A stretch of DNA of 63,761 nucleotides, the filler included, from Rhabdomonas costata (taxonomy: Eukaryota), in assembly GCA_019059605.1 (NCBI GenBank). It is 38 parts of 38 records of this genome, joined end to end, with 100 filler letters (N's around TTAATTAATTAA, not from the genome) between each part and the next. Parts side by side here need not be neighbours in the genome. Positions count along the whole stretch, not along the records: positions 11,768 to 13,349 come from JAHMHO010012640.1; positions 13,450 to 15,029 come from JAHMHO010012641.1; positions 15,130 to 16,710 come from JAHMHO010012642.1; positions 16,811 to 18,391 come from JAHMHO010012643.1; positions 18,492 to 20,059 come from JAHMHO010012644.1; positions 20,160 to 21,739 come from JAHMHO010012645.1; positions 21,840 to 23,420 come from JAHMHO010012646.1; positions 23,521 to 25,101 come from JAHMHO010012647.1; 30 more parts are not named here. One strand, given 5' to 3'. Positions 12,701-24,996 of this stretch are shown one piece after another (within the stretch, counting starts at the first letter, position 1; every line of letters starts with the position of its first letter). Position numbers and translations under genes: made by a program. Under the pieces are notes generated by a model. It worked only from the letters and a program-made list of their open reading frames with translations. It ran no database searches and was not told the DNA's origin.

Positions 12701-14674
12701 GTCACGCAGCTGCCCCCCAACGCTAATGTGTTTGCAGTGGCGACGGCCTCACCCCACGGGCTCCCTCTGAGGAGCGCCGCTCTGGAGAAGGCCCTGGTCA
12801 TGCCCTACGCCGCGAGGAGGGTCCCCTGGGGGCTTGTTACGTGTTAGGGCTGGGCCTGGTGCCCCCCTCGCACCCCCCGCCCACGGAATCCTCCACGGGA
12901 GGCAGGCCAAAGGTGTGGCACTCAGGCTGCCCAGCATCATCGGTCTTGGCTGTTGTGCAGTTTGCATTATCAGTGGCATCCCTCTATGTGCGGCGGCGGC
13001 GGCATGCTGCCCCGCCTGGGTACAGTAGGTGCAAAGCTGAATGGCATACTTCGGTCCACCATATGTATGGTGCGTGGTGTGCGCAACTCAGCGATAAACG
13101 TATATCCCGCTGGGGGGATGCTGGGACATTAACATGGTTGCATCTAACGGAAAAGGTTCTGTAAACTCTCGCTCCTGAAAATCAGCACCTCAATGAGAAC
13201 TTTTGGTGTGATCCAAAGTGGTGGAGGGTCCGTTCCTCTGCAGAGTTAGGGGAGCTTGTCTTTTCCGATGTTGCTACTTCTGCTGAAGGGTGCTGCATCC
13301 ACACCTTCTTCTTGCACCGTGCCCCGAAAAACTAAACTCACCCAACACANNNNNNNNNNNNNNNNNNNNNNNNNNNNNNNNNNNNNNNNNNNNTTAATTA
13401 ATTAANNNNNNNNNNNNNNNNNNNNNNNNNNNNNNNNNNNNNNNNNNNNCTTTTTTCTTCGGGACTATAGCTTTGGTTTTAACCATGATTATAACCAACC
13501 ACGCTTTTCTTGTTTAAGCCCCGAGAAGAACCCAGCCAGCTCTCGCCATATACGGTATTCCCTTTCAAATTGCGTGCGCCCTCTACGTACTGAGCATTGG
13601 AAGCCATACTCTGACGAAAGGCAAGTGGGCGGTTAGGCCACCAAACACCGTAAACACTGTGGGCCTTTTTGGATGTTTTTCTTAACGAAAAAATTCTTCG
13701 TTGAACCATTTATAATCCAATACATCATCAACACCATCACGGAGGCTCCAGCGAAACTGATGCGCCGCAGAAAGTAAAAGGCAGAGGGCACCACAACAGA
13801 AAAACCTAGCAAGCTCTCCGAAGTCTGCGAGCGGTCCACTGCTTTGGGCCGCCGCGGGAACAGCACAGTGGACGGCGCGCTGCCCGGTCGGAGACTTGGG
13901 GAGTTCTCTGCCGGGGGGCACCAGCGGAGGGCGGTCGAGCCGCGGCCGCGACCGTGGGGTGCCGGGGCTCCATTGGTTTGCCCCACGCCAATGCCAACCT
14001 CCACGAGCTTCGAATGGGTGCACAGTGGTCGCGGGAAGGAGAAAGAGAGACGGCAAGGAAAGCACGAGCGAGGCACGGGACACAGTTGGACTTCCCCCAC
14101 GAAGGGCGCCCAACGGAGGAGTGAGAAAGAGACTGGAAATTTCACAGCACAGAAAACTCTGCGAAGAAAGGGCATGGGAAAAACGATTCTTCCGGTCCAC
14201 GGCGCTTGTGACGTTCTGTCAGAAATAAAAAAAAATCCCGCAAACTGGCTGCCGACTTTCGAAAACGGAATAACGAGGATTCCCAACTCCAGCTATGCAA
14301 CGCAACCCCAACAGAGCCCAAACGACAACCCCTAACTTCCTAACGCAATCCAAACCGGAAAATGGGCACATGCGGTTCCACCATGTTCCATTTTATTTGA
14401 TTCCAGTTTTAGAAAGGTACGAGATGCAATGGTAAGAGATGGAGTTATCTGTTGCCCACTTCATCTCAAAAGTGAAAAACGTTTCAAGAAAAAAAGACAG
14501 TGTTTGGATTGAAAACGCCTCCAGACCTTCAGGGGACACCTCCACATCATTTTCCATTAAAGAAAAACAAGAAACACACAACTGCCAAGCACTGAGGGCA
14601 ACGCAAGCCAGGGAAACGACAGACTGGAGGAGGAGGGGAACTGTTATCACGTGAGCTTAACTGGAAAGGGAAGG

Positions 14675-15025
14675 TTACTCGCTGGGCGGAGGCGGAAGTT
14701 TGGCGGTAACCCGTCGCTTCATGGAGACCCAGGCTTCGCTGAATGCCTCATAGTCCAGCCTCGTGTCCTGGGGAAGGGTACGCCACTCCTCGAGGAAGAA
14801 GTCGACACAAGAGCGGAAGTTCTCAGGGACCTCCTGGCCTTCCGTTGCACGGACCTCGCAGTAGCACTCGAAGAACCGCTCCAGCAGTGGAAGCAAGGTC
14901 TGGGGGCACATCACCAGAGAGCTCTCGGGGGACTGCTGCAGGGCCAGAGGGGAAAATATCGCTGCGAGGTCGTCTGGATCCATCTCCATCTGCCCGAACA
15001 CGGTGTCGATGAGGATGCTCCCCAC
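14675..15025 (-). CDS. Coding exon, possibly the C-terminal part of a divergent RhoGAP domain
   Basis: Open GC-rich frame. EMDPDDLAAIFSPLAL...LLERFFECYCEV resembles the RhoGAP xM...NLA.VF.P.LL and last-helix region. Confidence 0.35.
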   Translation of the reverse strand: MGSILIDTVFGQMEMDPDDLAAIFSPLALQQSPESSLVMCPQTLLPLLERFFECYCEVRATEGQEVPENFRSCVDFFLEEWRTLPQDTRLDYEAFSEAWVSMKRRVTAKLPPPPSE

Positions 15026-15486
15026 CCCTNNNNNNNNNNNNNNNNNNNNNNNNNNNNNNNNNNNNNNNNNNNNTTAATTAATTAANNNNNNNNNNNNNNN
15101 NNNNNNNNNNNNNNNNNNNNNNNNNNNNNGTGGTTGGTGTTTACCTGGGGCTTGTGGGGTCTGCCTCTGGGTGGGCGACGGGATGGACTAGGCCGAGCGT
15201 GATGGACTCCTTCTCATGGTATTGAGTTTCCTGCTTCGATTTTTTCCTTTGTATGTGGTTGAGGGTCCTGGGAACGCTATAAATGCCGCTAGGCTGGTTT
15301 GTGGATGCACAAGATATGTTCTAAACGTTTTTATGCTACTGAGGCTAAAAAGCACGTGAGCTGAGTTTACGGTGTTACGTGCTATATGCGGTATCCCGGA
15401 GCCCACCAGCGGTTTTCCTGCCCTTCGGATTTCAAGCTCTTACCGTCAGATGGACGGCGTTTTTAAAACCTCCCATGTTTGCACAG

Positions 15487-16679
15487 GGAAATCGTCTGCG
15501 GGTTGCTTATCCCTTCTTTCGTGATCCTCATGGTGGGGTGGTCGGCATTCCGCTGCCTCCATGACCTGGCCGAGGCCTTCGGCCAAGTCCCCACGGAGTG
15601 TGCGAGGCTACAGGAGCAGGTCGCCGCGCTCAACGTCGAGCTCGCCGGTCTGCGCGAGAAGTCGGGCTGCGTGGCTCACCTTGCTCACGAGGTCTCTTTT
15701 TATTCGAGGGTCTGTGTGATATCTTTGGTCTCGCCTTTTTCAATGATGCGCTGCGAAATATCTGAAATATCTGAGCTCTTAGAACATTTAGGACTGCTTT
15801 GGTGGTAGCAATGAACGAGTTTTGTGGGTATGCACGTTCGGGGTCGTCAGCTGGCAACATGCCATCAGTATTCCAGGAAACAGCAGCTGGTTTTCGCCCG
15901 ATGTCATGCACTTTCCACAGGTGCGGACCCCTTTGAACGCTCTGCTCTCATGTTGCACCTTGCTGGGTGACACTGCGCTGACCCGGGAACAGATGGAGTA
16001 TATCGAGCTGATGATGGCGTGCGGCTCACAGATCACCAACAACGTGGACTTTGTACTGGTATTTGCTTTTTGGGGGGTTTAGTTCTCTCTCTCTTGTGAC
16101 GTCATTCGGACTCGTTTAGACCCGCGGCAGTGTTCATCACTTTGTTTTCCTGCGATTGGCCGCTAACAGAGCCCTCCTGCTTGTCTTTACAGGTTCTTTT
16201 TCGGAAGGAATTCCCTTTGGGAATGTTGAGAACATGTACGCAGCGCAGGAATCATCCATCAGACACCACTACAAACGGAATGAGTAAAAATCACATTGCT
16301 TGGCAATTATTGTAATCTGGTATCAGGGTCAAACCTTACCCTTTTGGGTGGAAATCGAAACCGAATAAGCAGGAGGGATTGAACGTTTCCTGGACCGCCT
16401 CGACTAACCCCCACCCTCGCGGGCGGGGGGGGTCCCATTTACTATCTTTCTGAGCTTGTGCAGCGCTCCCCTCGCGCTGTCACAGGAGCACTCGCGGCTG
16501 GAACAGAATTTGGTCGTCTTGCAGTGCGTGCCGTTCTCTCTCCACATGATGTGCCAGGAGACCGTGACGATGGCGCAGCACTTGGCCAGCCGCAAGGGGG
16601 TCCGGCTGGACGTGCGTTGCTCCCCTCAGCTGAACTCCGTCCAAGGAGACCCTTCTCGCCTGAAGCAAGCCCTTTTGAA
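15487..16679 (+). CDS. Sensor histidine kinase fragment (TM helix, coiled coil, HisKA, start of HATPase). Exons 15487-15691, 15921-16058, 16486-16679
   Basis: Splicing at GT-AG sites rebuilds the H-box AHLAHE|VRTPLNALL, then TALTREQMEYIELM, FVL|EHSRLEQ and the N-box lead-in VQGDPSRLKQALL. Confidence 0.92.
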
Positions 16680-17140
16680 GTATGGAAGCTTGTCCACCAA
16701 TTCCAGATCGNNNNNNNNNNNNNNNNNNNNNNNNNNNNNNNNNNNNNNNNNNNNTTAATTAATTAANNNNNNNNNNNNNNNNNNNNNNNNNNNNNNNNNN
16801 NNNNNNNNNNGGTGGTGGTGAGCCGGTACCCCGTGGCACCACTGTGACAGAGGGCTCTGGAGGTGAGTACATTTGAAAGTATGGAATACCAGATTTTCCA
16901 GAGGATGACGTCATAGCGGGCAGCGCCATCACCGTCCGTGTGTCTCACAGTGGCCAGCCAACTTCAGGGACTCCCGCGGCACACGTGTACAGAAGCCTGG
17001 GGATCAACACTAGATCGAGACGTCAGGTCCACTTATATGCTCAGCGCCCACGCACCGTGCATTATTTCAACCACCCCACAGGTCCCACCCCGATTTGTGC
17101 CTTCTTTTCCACAACCCTGGTTCTGATTCTGGTCCTGTAG

Positions 17141-17392
17141 GATGCCGCTGGGCCGGCGCCGCTGAGAAACCTCGAGAGCGGGCAGTGGTACCGCTGGACG
17201 GGAGGCGCGGAGCGCCCGTCCAGCTGGAGCAGCGATGGGAAGATGGACTTCCTGCTGGACGGGAAGCCGCACCAAGTGAAGGAGGGCAGCGGCGCTTGGG
17301 CGTCCTTCACTGACTGCGCGGACCCGGGCCGGAAGTGGGACTTCGCTGGGCAGCTGGAGAAGTTTGTGCGAGACTCTGGTCCTGCACCGCAG
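17141..17392 (+). CDS. Internal coding exon, unknown protein (84 aa)
   Basis: TAG| acceptor, CAG|GTGTGC donor, 252 nt open in phase 0 (DAAGPAPLRNLESGQWYRWTGG...FVRDSGPAPQ), GC3-rich. Confidence 0.55.
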
Positions 17393-20300
17393 GTGTGCCT
17401 GCAAATCCATTCTTTTTGATTTGGTAGTCATTTGACTGTCGTTTGACCTTATTTTCCTCGAGGTGTGCCCGAGGTGGAGCGGGGAAACCACTTTTGAATG
17501 TCTTTCAGTGGGCAGAGGCGATGTCCTCGCGTTCGTCGTTGACTTTTGACGATGGAATGAAGGTTGGGTCTTGGTTTGATCCCCCTGACTCCGCCTGTCA
17601 TCGTTGGGGTTGACTCCGCCTGGGGACACCTTGGGAGGGCACCTGAGGGCACCTGGGGACACCTGGAAACAACATCAGGTCATGTGTTTATGAAATTCCG
17701 GGGTTTTGTGCCAGATTTTGGTACTGAAAACCGCCATGGATAGCTGCTACTGCTACCTCAACGTCTGCTGGGGGGCAGGTTTGTGGGGCGTTTCTGAACG
17801 TGTGCTGGTGGAGGTGTTGCGGCGGCGGTGGTGGTGGTGGTGTGTGTGTGTGTGTGTGTGTGAACTCTATGCGGGGCCACGCACGCCGCCAGATGCGAAG
17901 CACACGCTGGACCATCAGATAAAAACATCCCCCTGGTCAACTTGGCGAAAGGATGCCAATCCAGAATCCAAAAAGACCCCATTGTCGTGCCCCCCAGGAC
18001 GACACCACGGCAGCACTCCCGTGGTCAGAAGAAGCTGGGTTGGGGATTCCAGGGAGAAAGAAGGACAAAAGAGAGGCCGGCGAGGACCGGAAGGAATGAA
18101 CAGCCGGTGACATGCAGAGGATGGGCATGAGGGGAAGAGCGAAAAGCCAGTAGAAAAGGAGATGTACGAGGAGCCAGCTGCAGAGGCCAACCTCGAGGAG
18201 CAGCCCGAGCTCAAGAAACAGCGAAGCCTGACGCGATATGCAAAGGCCTTCGAGAGCAGTAGATAAGGATCCAAAAAGGTCCAGAAGTTCCGTGAAGAGC
18301 GCCAGGGACGGCGCCACGACTGGGACTCGTGGTCAGAAGGAGATGATCTGAGGATCCCAGGCAGAAGATGAGAGAGGGCACCAAACAACAANNNNNNNNN
18401 NNNNNNNNNNNNNNNNNNNNNNNNNNNNNNNNNNNTTAATTAATTAANNNNNNNNNNNNNNNNNNNNNNNNNNNNNNNNNNNNNNNNNNNNGTGTGGGGG
18501 GCCAGCGGGGTCCACCTCCATCGGCGGCCGGGGGTCAGGCGTGGAAGGACCTCCAGCTCATCGTCGTCGGTGGGATCCGCTGACCCGCCTCGGACCCGCA
18601 TCCTGCCGTGCCGTGCCAGGGGGGTCGCCGCCCTCAGCCACACCTCCGTGGACAGCGCGTTCCACACATTGGTCCGAGCCCGCCGAGCCGACCGACAAAT
18701 TCAAAGCAAACCTGAATTGAAAAATGGAATTGCGGAAACATTCGTTCCAGCGGAAAACCAACATTTGCCAAGACCCGTTGTCATACGTTTCGGTAGTTGC
18801 AAGCGATAAATCGAAAGAACGGAGGCGGAGAGAGAGAGACAAGACGAGAGAAAGAAACACTACAACAAGAAAGGAACGGGAAAGCCACTCCCACGCGATA
18901 CGCAAACAAGCAAACACATGGCAAGCAAACCAGCTCACCGAGACACCAGGCGCAACGCAGCCGAAAGGAACCGTATGTGACAGCAAGCAAATGAAACATA
19001 GCAGGAGCGTTCGGGTTGCCACCACGTCACCCGCGGCCTAAGTGTCACCGGCCCCCACCCCTCAACCACCGGCGTACCCGGGCAATTCCAGTTAAATACC
19101 ATAAATTCCATTCCAGATTAGGCGGCTCAAATTTGCCCAACTGGCTTCTGTTTAGAAGATGGTCGGTTAAGCAGTTTTTCAACGCGGGAAGTGCCAACAG
19201 ATCCGCGCTAAGGCGTGTTCATCTGACCAAAAGCATGCAATTGCATGAAAAAAATGAAAATGATTAATATTTACTCGAGGTGACAACTCTGAAAGCCAAC
19301 CCCAGCCACAAAAGCGGTAACTCAAAACAACGGCGCCGCCTGTGATATAGTCCGTGCTACCACGGGGAGACGTGCAAAAAGAACCCGTGTTCGGAAGGAC
19401 AGCGCTGGTGGCAGCTTCACTGGAATGGAGGAAGTCCATCAAAACAGAAACTTGTACAGAAGAAATGCGATCAGCGGGGCGAACACCCACATCCGGACTG
19501 AGAAACAATGGAGTGGAAAAGAACGCCGTGTTCTGGTCAGATAGCACCGATTTTTCCATACTACTGCTAAATACATACTACATGCTCAAAAAGAACCCGA
19601 TAAACCTGCGAACCAGCTTCAAAGCTCTGCACTACTCGTTGGGAAGTGCCGCGTGTTCGGTGGGCACCATTAGTATGGAAGGTAAGTTGGTGGAGCTCTT
19701 GGTGGGGTTGGTGGAGTTTGCTGGGGATGCTAGATGGAATACCGACGTGAACGTAGAGCCAGACGAAGGACATCATCAGCAGAAACAGGGTGAAGACGGA
19801 CCACACAGGCTGAATGGGCCAGTAAACCAGAACTCCCCCGACGAAGACCATCGTGACGGCAAGAGAGCCCACTCGGTTGTTGATTGTCTCTGTCACCGAA
19901 TGACACGTTGACGGGAAAGGGAACCGGCAAAATCGAAAAATAAAAACTGCAGTAATGAAGAAAATCCTGGGCTCAACCACTAAAAAAAACGCGCATGTAT
20001 AACAACAATAAGTGAATTACTTGGAATCTCAGAAACACCAACCCAACCACACCCAACACNNNNNNNNNNNNNNNNNNNNNNNNNNNNNNNNNNNNNNNNN
20101 NNNTTAATTAATTAANNNNNNNNNNNNNNNNNNNNNNNNNNNNNNNNNNNNNNNNNNNNGAGGCCAGTATGGCATGCAGCTCCTCGACGCTGAGGCTCGG
20201 CAGCACCAGCGCATCTGCGGGAAGGCCGCCTCTCGATCGGCTCTCAGCTGAAGATATCCACCGCACACAAAAGCAGATGCCGCACACACATAAACGCATA

Positions 20301-21259
20301 ACCCCCAACGATGGGTGTACTGATATAAGATCAATCGACATCAATCCTCCGCCCGCATAACAGAACCATTCCGGTTATCGGTCTGTTGACAGTGTGATGC
20401 TGACACTTCTGTTGTTTTCTCGCAGCTGCGTTCTTCTTGCGTCGACATATCCGCAGCGCTCCCACTCTCCCACCCTTTTGTGTTGTCTTAGAACTCTGAA
20501 CGTTGAAAGTCTGAAAGAAAGCTTTGCTATTTGGGGTCAGTCACCCTCCCCATAACTTGATCGAAGTACCATCCTTTTCTAGAGTTTTCAGGGGTCCGTT
20601 TTGTGGTGAGCGCGCGAATCTCGGGACGTGTCTTGCATGTGCTCGATGGGAGGGGAGGGGGATTTCTTTCAGATACGGGGAAAGGACGGAGAACCATTAG
20701 TGTGAGCTGTCAGCTGAGGCAGGACGGCCAGGAGGGCCACGAGGAGCCAGGCCCACCGACACCCTGCCATCGCCGGGAGAGGGGTGGGGATGTCGATCCG
20801 GCTGGGTGACCAGGGTGCAGCTTCATACTTTGAAGACTCACAAAAAACAGGACAACGCCTTATCCAGCGCTGGCAGGGACTGCAAGGGAAACAAACTGCT
20901 CAGATAAGCGGAGGACAGAAGACGTCCAAAAAAGCCCGTGTCACTTGTAAACCTTGAATCGCAGACCTCACAGGGATTAGAATAACCCCCTCCCTCCCCA
21001 AAGAAAACGCACATGCCTATATCGCCACCAAATCGTGCCCGCTCATTTCTCCGACAGTACTGAGCACAACCAATAGAAAAAAGAAAACAAAGCAAAACCT
21101 TTGGGCAGGGAAAAACACGGCTTGTTTTTTTAAAATTTGAAACGTAATGTAATGGCTGAAAACCGCGTGACTTCTAGCTTGCAAGAAATACTACGCCCGA
21201 AATGGATCCACGCCACACTCCCTCCGTCCGGAAAAGTGAGTCTCCGAACAGAGATATGA

Positions 21260-21512
21260 CTACGTGTACCCCACGGCGAGTACAGGGGCACGGTTGGGCT
21301 CTGGTCTGACCCTGTAGATCCGGACAATCCAGTGCTCGGAGGTGTACGCCTCCTCGAGGTGCTGCAGGGTGAATTTGCGACGGCCCAGCTCTCCCCGCAG
21401 AGCGTCCACACCGGGTGACCCCCCGGTGAGCGGAGAAGCGTTCCAGTACCGGTAGTAGGACATCTTATACATCATCGAGTTTAGCATCGTCGGCGTCGCT
21501 TCCGGGCCCACG
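21260..21512 (-). CDS. STT3: Oligosaccharyltransferase catalytic subunit STT3, terminal exon
   Basis: VGPEATPTMLNSMMYKMSYYRY...LQHLEEAYTSEHWIVRIYRV is the conserved STT3 C-terminus. CAG acceptor, TAG stop. Confidence 0.95.
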
Positions 21513-22108
21513 CTGCGTACAAATGGGTAAAACACTAGCCCCAGAACAACATCAAACCATGTTGGAGGCAACGAAAGGCAATCGCCACTGGCGACGAGCA
21601 AAACATGCATCAACCAACGATGTTAAAGGGCATGAAGGCTTAAGAAAAGCACGATGAGAATCGCAGAAAGTCCACTTTCGCTCAGCGCGAATAAGTCGGG
21701 ATCTCCTGCATTGACCAACGTAACCATCGCCAACACAAANNNNNNNNNNNNNNNNNNNNNNNNNNNNNNNNNNNNNNNNNNNNTTAATTAATTAANNNNN
21801 NNNNNNNNNNNNNNNNNNNNNNNNNNNNNNNNNNNNNNNGGTTTTGTGTCTCTCTACATGGGCTTTCTGCTTGCTGTTGGCAAAAAGACCGTGTGTTGAG
21901 ATTCCGCTCCTTCTTTATCCTTCTGCGCTTCCTTTCACAGAGGACGGCAAGCATGAATGCGTGAATATTATTGCTCGCATTTTTGTGCTTTTCTGTGGCA
22001 AACCCTCCGAAATTCCCTTTTCTTTTCCTGCCCATCTGCCCATGGAATTTTTGTGAACTGAAGAAAGCAAGACGAAAAGGCACTGCGTTGCTGTTTGTTA
22101 CCTTTCAG

Positions 22109-22660
22109 AGAGGTCGTGGGCCTATGAGCTGTTCCGAATTTCGGGCCAACGTAATCAAGGCCGAGTGCAACTTTTTGCTTGCGTGCCTGCTTCTTTTGCA
22201 GGTCCGACTTGATGCACGGCCCCCCTCCTTCTCCCCCCTCCTCTCCACTTTCATTTTGGGAATAGTCTTGCTCTTTTCGTGATGCATCAGGAATGAATCG
22301 CTTTTGCGTTCTGCTTGTTCGATTCGCATGCTCTTTTTTCCAGGAGAGTGTTGTTAGCTATGCCAAGGCTGGGCTCGCGCTTCGCCGGTGCTATAAGCAT
22401 TATGAGATCTGCAGGAAAGCGGCGGAAACTGATTCCTCGACCTTCGACCTGAACTCCTTAAGTGGAGTCAATTTCGGGTGATCCTCCTTTGTCTTTCCAT
22501 TTTTCCCCTCGACCACCCGCCCGTTCGCCTCGGTGTGCTCTTGAATGCTGCGTCACTTCTTTTTGCAGGTTTGGTGCCATGAACTGTGTGCTAGCTCTGC
22601 TCCCTCCGAAACTGCTTTCATTGATTCAGTTCCTGGGGTTCCCCTGCGACTACGATCTTG
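22109..22660 (+). CDS. TTC39: TTC39/IML2-family (DUF3808) protein fragment. Exons 22109-22201, 22344-22477, 22569-22660
   Basis: AECNFLLACLLLLQ|ESVVSYAKAGLALRRCYKHY...SGVNFG|FGAMNCVLALLPPKLLSLIQFLGFPCDYDLG matches the TTC39/IML2 pattern. Phases are consistent and introns are GT-AG. Confidence 0.88.
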
Positions 22661-23654
22661 GTATGTTGCGTGGCACACGCCTCTCGGTACTCTGATACTC
22701 TTTTTCTCCGCCTTGTATTACCTTACTGTAAAACGTAAACCATTATGAGCATCTGCTTTTCTTTAATTTGTCAATTTCGCTCATCTCGTCGTTTACTCAA
22801 TTCGACGACCTCCTTAAGTTTCGCTTTCCGTCCAGGTTCATTCATCATAAATTCCTACAGATTCGTACGGTGGAGCAGGACCACCTTGGTTACAATGTGA
22901 TTGATGAATTGAAATAATTGTGGTAATGCTTATAATGTTTGCACTGTGAAAAGTGTGAAAAGCTGATAATCATTGTGGCGGTCTTCAATGAAGCAAGTTG
23001 CTTCATTGAAGACCGCCACAATGATTGTCGGCTTTTTTTTTACAGCATCGGTAACAGCAGTCCGCCTCTGCAATAGGCACACTTCCGCATATTGTCACAC
23101 CACACGCAAATTGCAAAGGTTTGGCTTCACTGCACAAGTCGGTGGACCTTGGCGGGCTCAGGTCTCCCATCGCGGCGCTGTTCCTCATCACTCTTACAGG
23201 TCGTTCTTGTGACCTGATGCTTTATCTCTGAAATGTCATGCTTGACTTTAATGGTGAAAATAATGCCCGTTTCACCACAAAACAGAGCGGTGGAAAAATG
23301 TGTGCGAAGATGAAGAAAAAGAAAGGAAAGATCACCACCATGAACGGCAAGCAGAACAACAACGAAAATGCAAAGAAAAAGCAAGGAGTGAGCAGAGGTT
23401 GGAAGGGGGAGTTCGTCTTTNNNNNNNNNNNNNNNNNNNNNNNNNNNNNNNNNNNNNNNNNNNNTTAATTAATTAANNNNNNNNNNNNNNNNNNNNNNNN
23501 NNNNNNNNNNNNNNNNNNNNTGGTGGTTGGGGGGGTGCACATTGTATACGAGCGCCATAACATCATATCAAAATTTACACTGCTCACGTTTCGAATGAAA
23601 CTGCAGCAAAAGACGAGAGAGAACTGGGATGCAACTGCCTCATAACGAACATGC

Positions 23655-24996
23655 CGTTCTGAACGAGCAGTTCAACGAGCTCCAGGCTGCCTTTCTGCAC
23701 AGCCCTCAACAGTGGGGTAGCGCCGTCGTCAGTGGTGGGTTGGTTGACATTCGCACCTATTAAAAAAAGAGTGGCCGCGACGCGCTCGATCACCCAGCTC
23801 CATTGAATTTGCACAATAGCATACCACGCAACAGCAGTTGCGGCCCTGTGCGTATGACCCAATGCATTAAAAGAGGCTTGAAACGGAAGCTGCGCAACAG
23901 AAGGCCCAGAAGACTGAAGCAGTGCTGAACACAATAGAAACAAGGACTTACCGTTCTGAAGGAGCAGCTTTGCGAGTTCCAAATGCTCTATCTGCACAGC
24001 CACCAGCAAAGGGCTGGCGCCAATGTCTGTCCGGGCCTGGTTGACATTCGCGCCTGCGAGGAGATCAAGAGTCATAAAAAGAAAAACTCGGAACGACTTC
24101 GCCATGCCTATATCGGGTTTCCCTGCTTTTTGGCGCGTACCAAAAGTTGGACACAAAAGACGATTTTTGATGATGGTCACACACAAACCACGCCAGAGCA
24201 TTCAGCTCCCTTTAAACTCCAGGCGCAGCCAACCCTCTCAACTCTATCAACTCCACCGCAGTTACCGCTGCATCGAAACACGAAGTACTGTGGCGCAACC
24301 AGCGACAATCAGACATAAGGTTGAGCTCGTCAGAACACACTGTTGACGGATTCCCATCAAGGGCGCCGGAGAGCCAAATCCATCATAATGCTATTCGCTG
24401 TAAAAAAAAAAAAGAGGTTTACATTCAAGTTAAAAGTGCGACTGCACAAACGTCTCCAGGAGTGTCCCGCAGTCTGAGCTCTGCACCCGTTTCCCGTACC
24501 TTCCGGCTTCTCATCTCTATCTTCTTCCTTGTTGTTTGCTGTTTGCTGTTTGCACGCGGACCTTTCACTGAACAGTGGTGACGCTGTGCCTACTGCACTA
24601 CAGTCACGGGCTGTCTGATAAGAATGTGCTAGCTCGACAAAAACCACACGCAAGCTTGCCTTGTTGAAGGAGCAGCGTGGTGAGTTCCAGAAGGCCCTTC
24701 TGCACCGCCACCAGCAGAGGACTGGCGCCGACATCTGTCCGGGCCTGATTGACATTCGCGCCTGCAAAAAAAAAATAAACAGGAGAGGGAATGACCACGG
24801 TAAAATCGGCGCCTCCGCGCTCCTTTAGAGGGATTCAGTTCTCACACCCCGTGCGTCGTAGGTACAAGAAAGGGAATGCGATCACCAAGCTTACCGTTCT
24901 GGAGGAGCAGCTCGGCGAGCTTTACATTGCCTTTCTGCACAGACAACATCAACGGGCTGGTGCCGTTGTCTTTCGTGGCCAGATTTATATCGGCTC
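23655..24996 (-). CDS. Ankyrin-repeat protein fragment. Four 102-nt exons: 24895-24996, 24660-24761, 23952-24053, 23655-23756
   Basis: Each exon encodes one repeat of the form GANVNQ.......G.SPL..AVQ.G.LEL..LLLQ.G. All junctions are phase 1. Donors are GT, GC, GT, GC. Confidence 0.93.

Noticed and set aside
12538-13065. Copia-like integrase hints (WGEAVATAN, GGPKY) on the minus strand
   Set aside because: The intervening catalytic motifs (D.G.EF, P.QNG.AER) are not visible, so the evidence is too thin.
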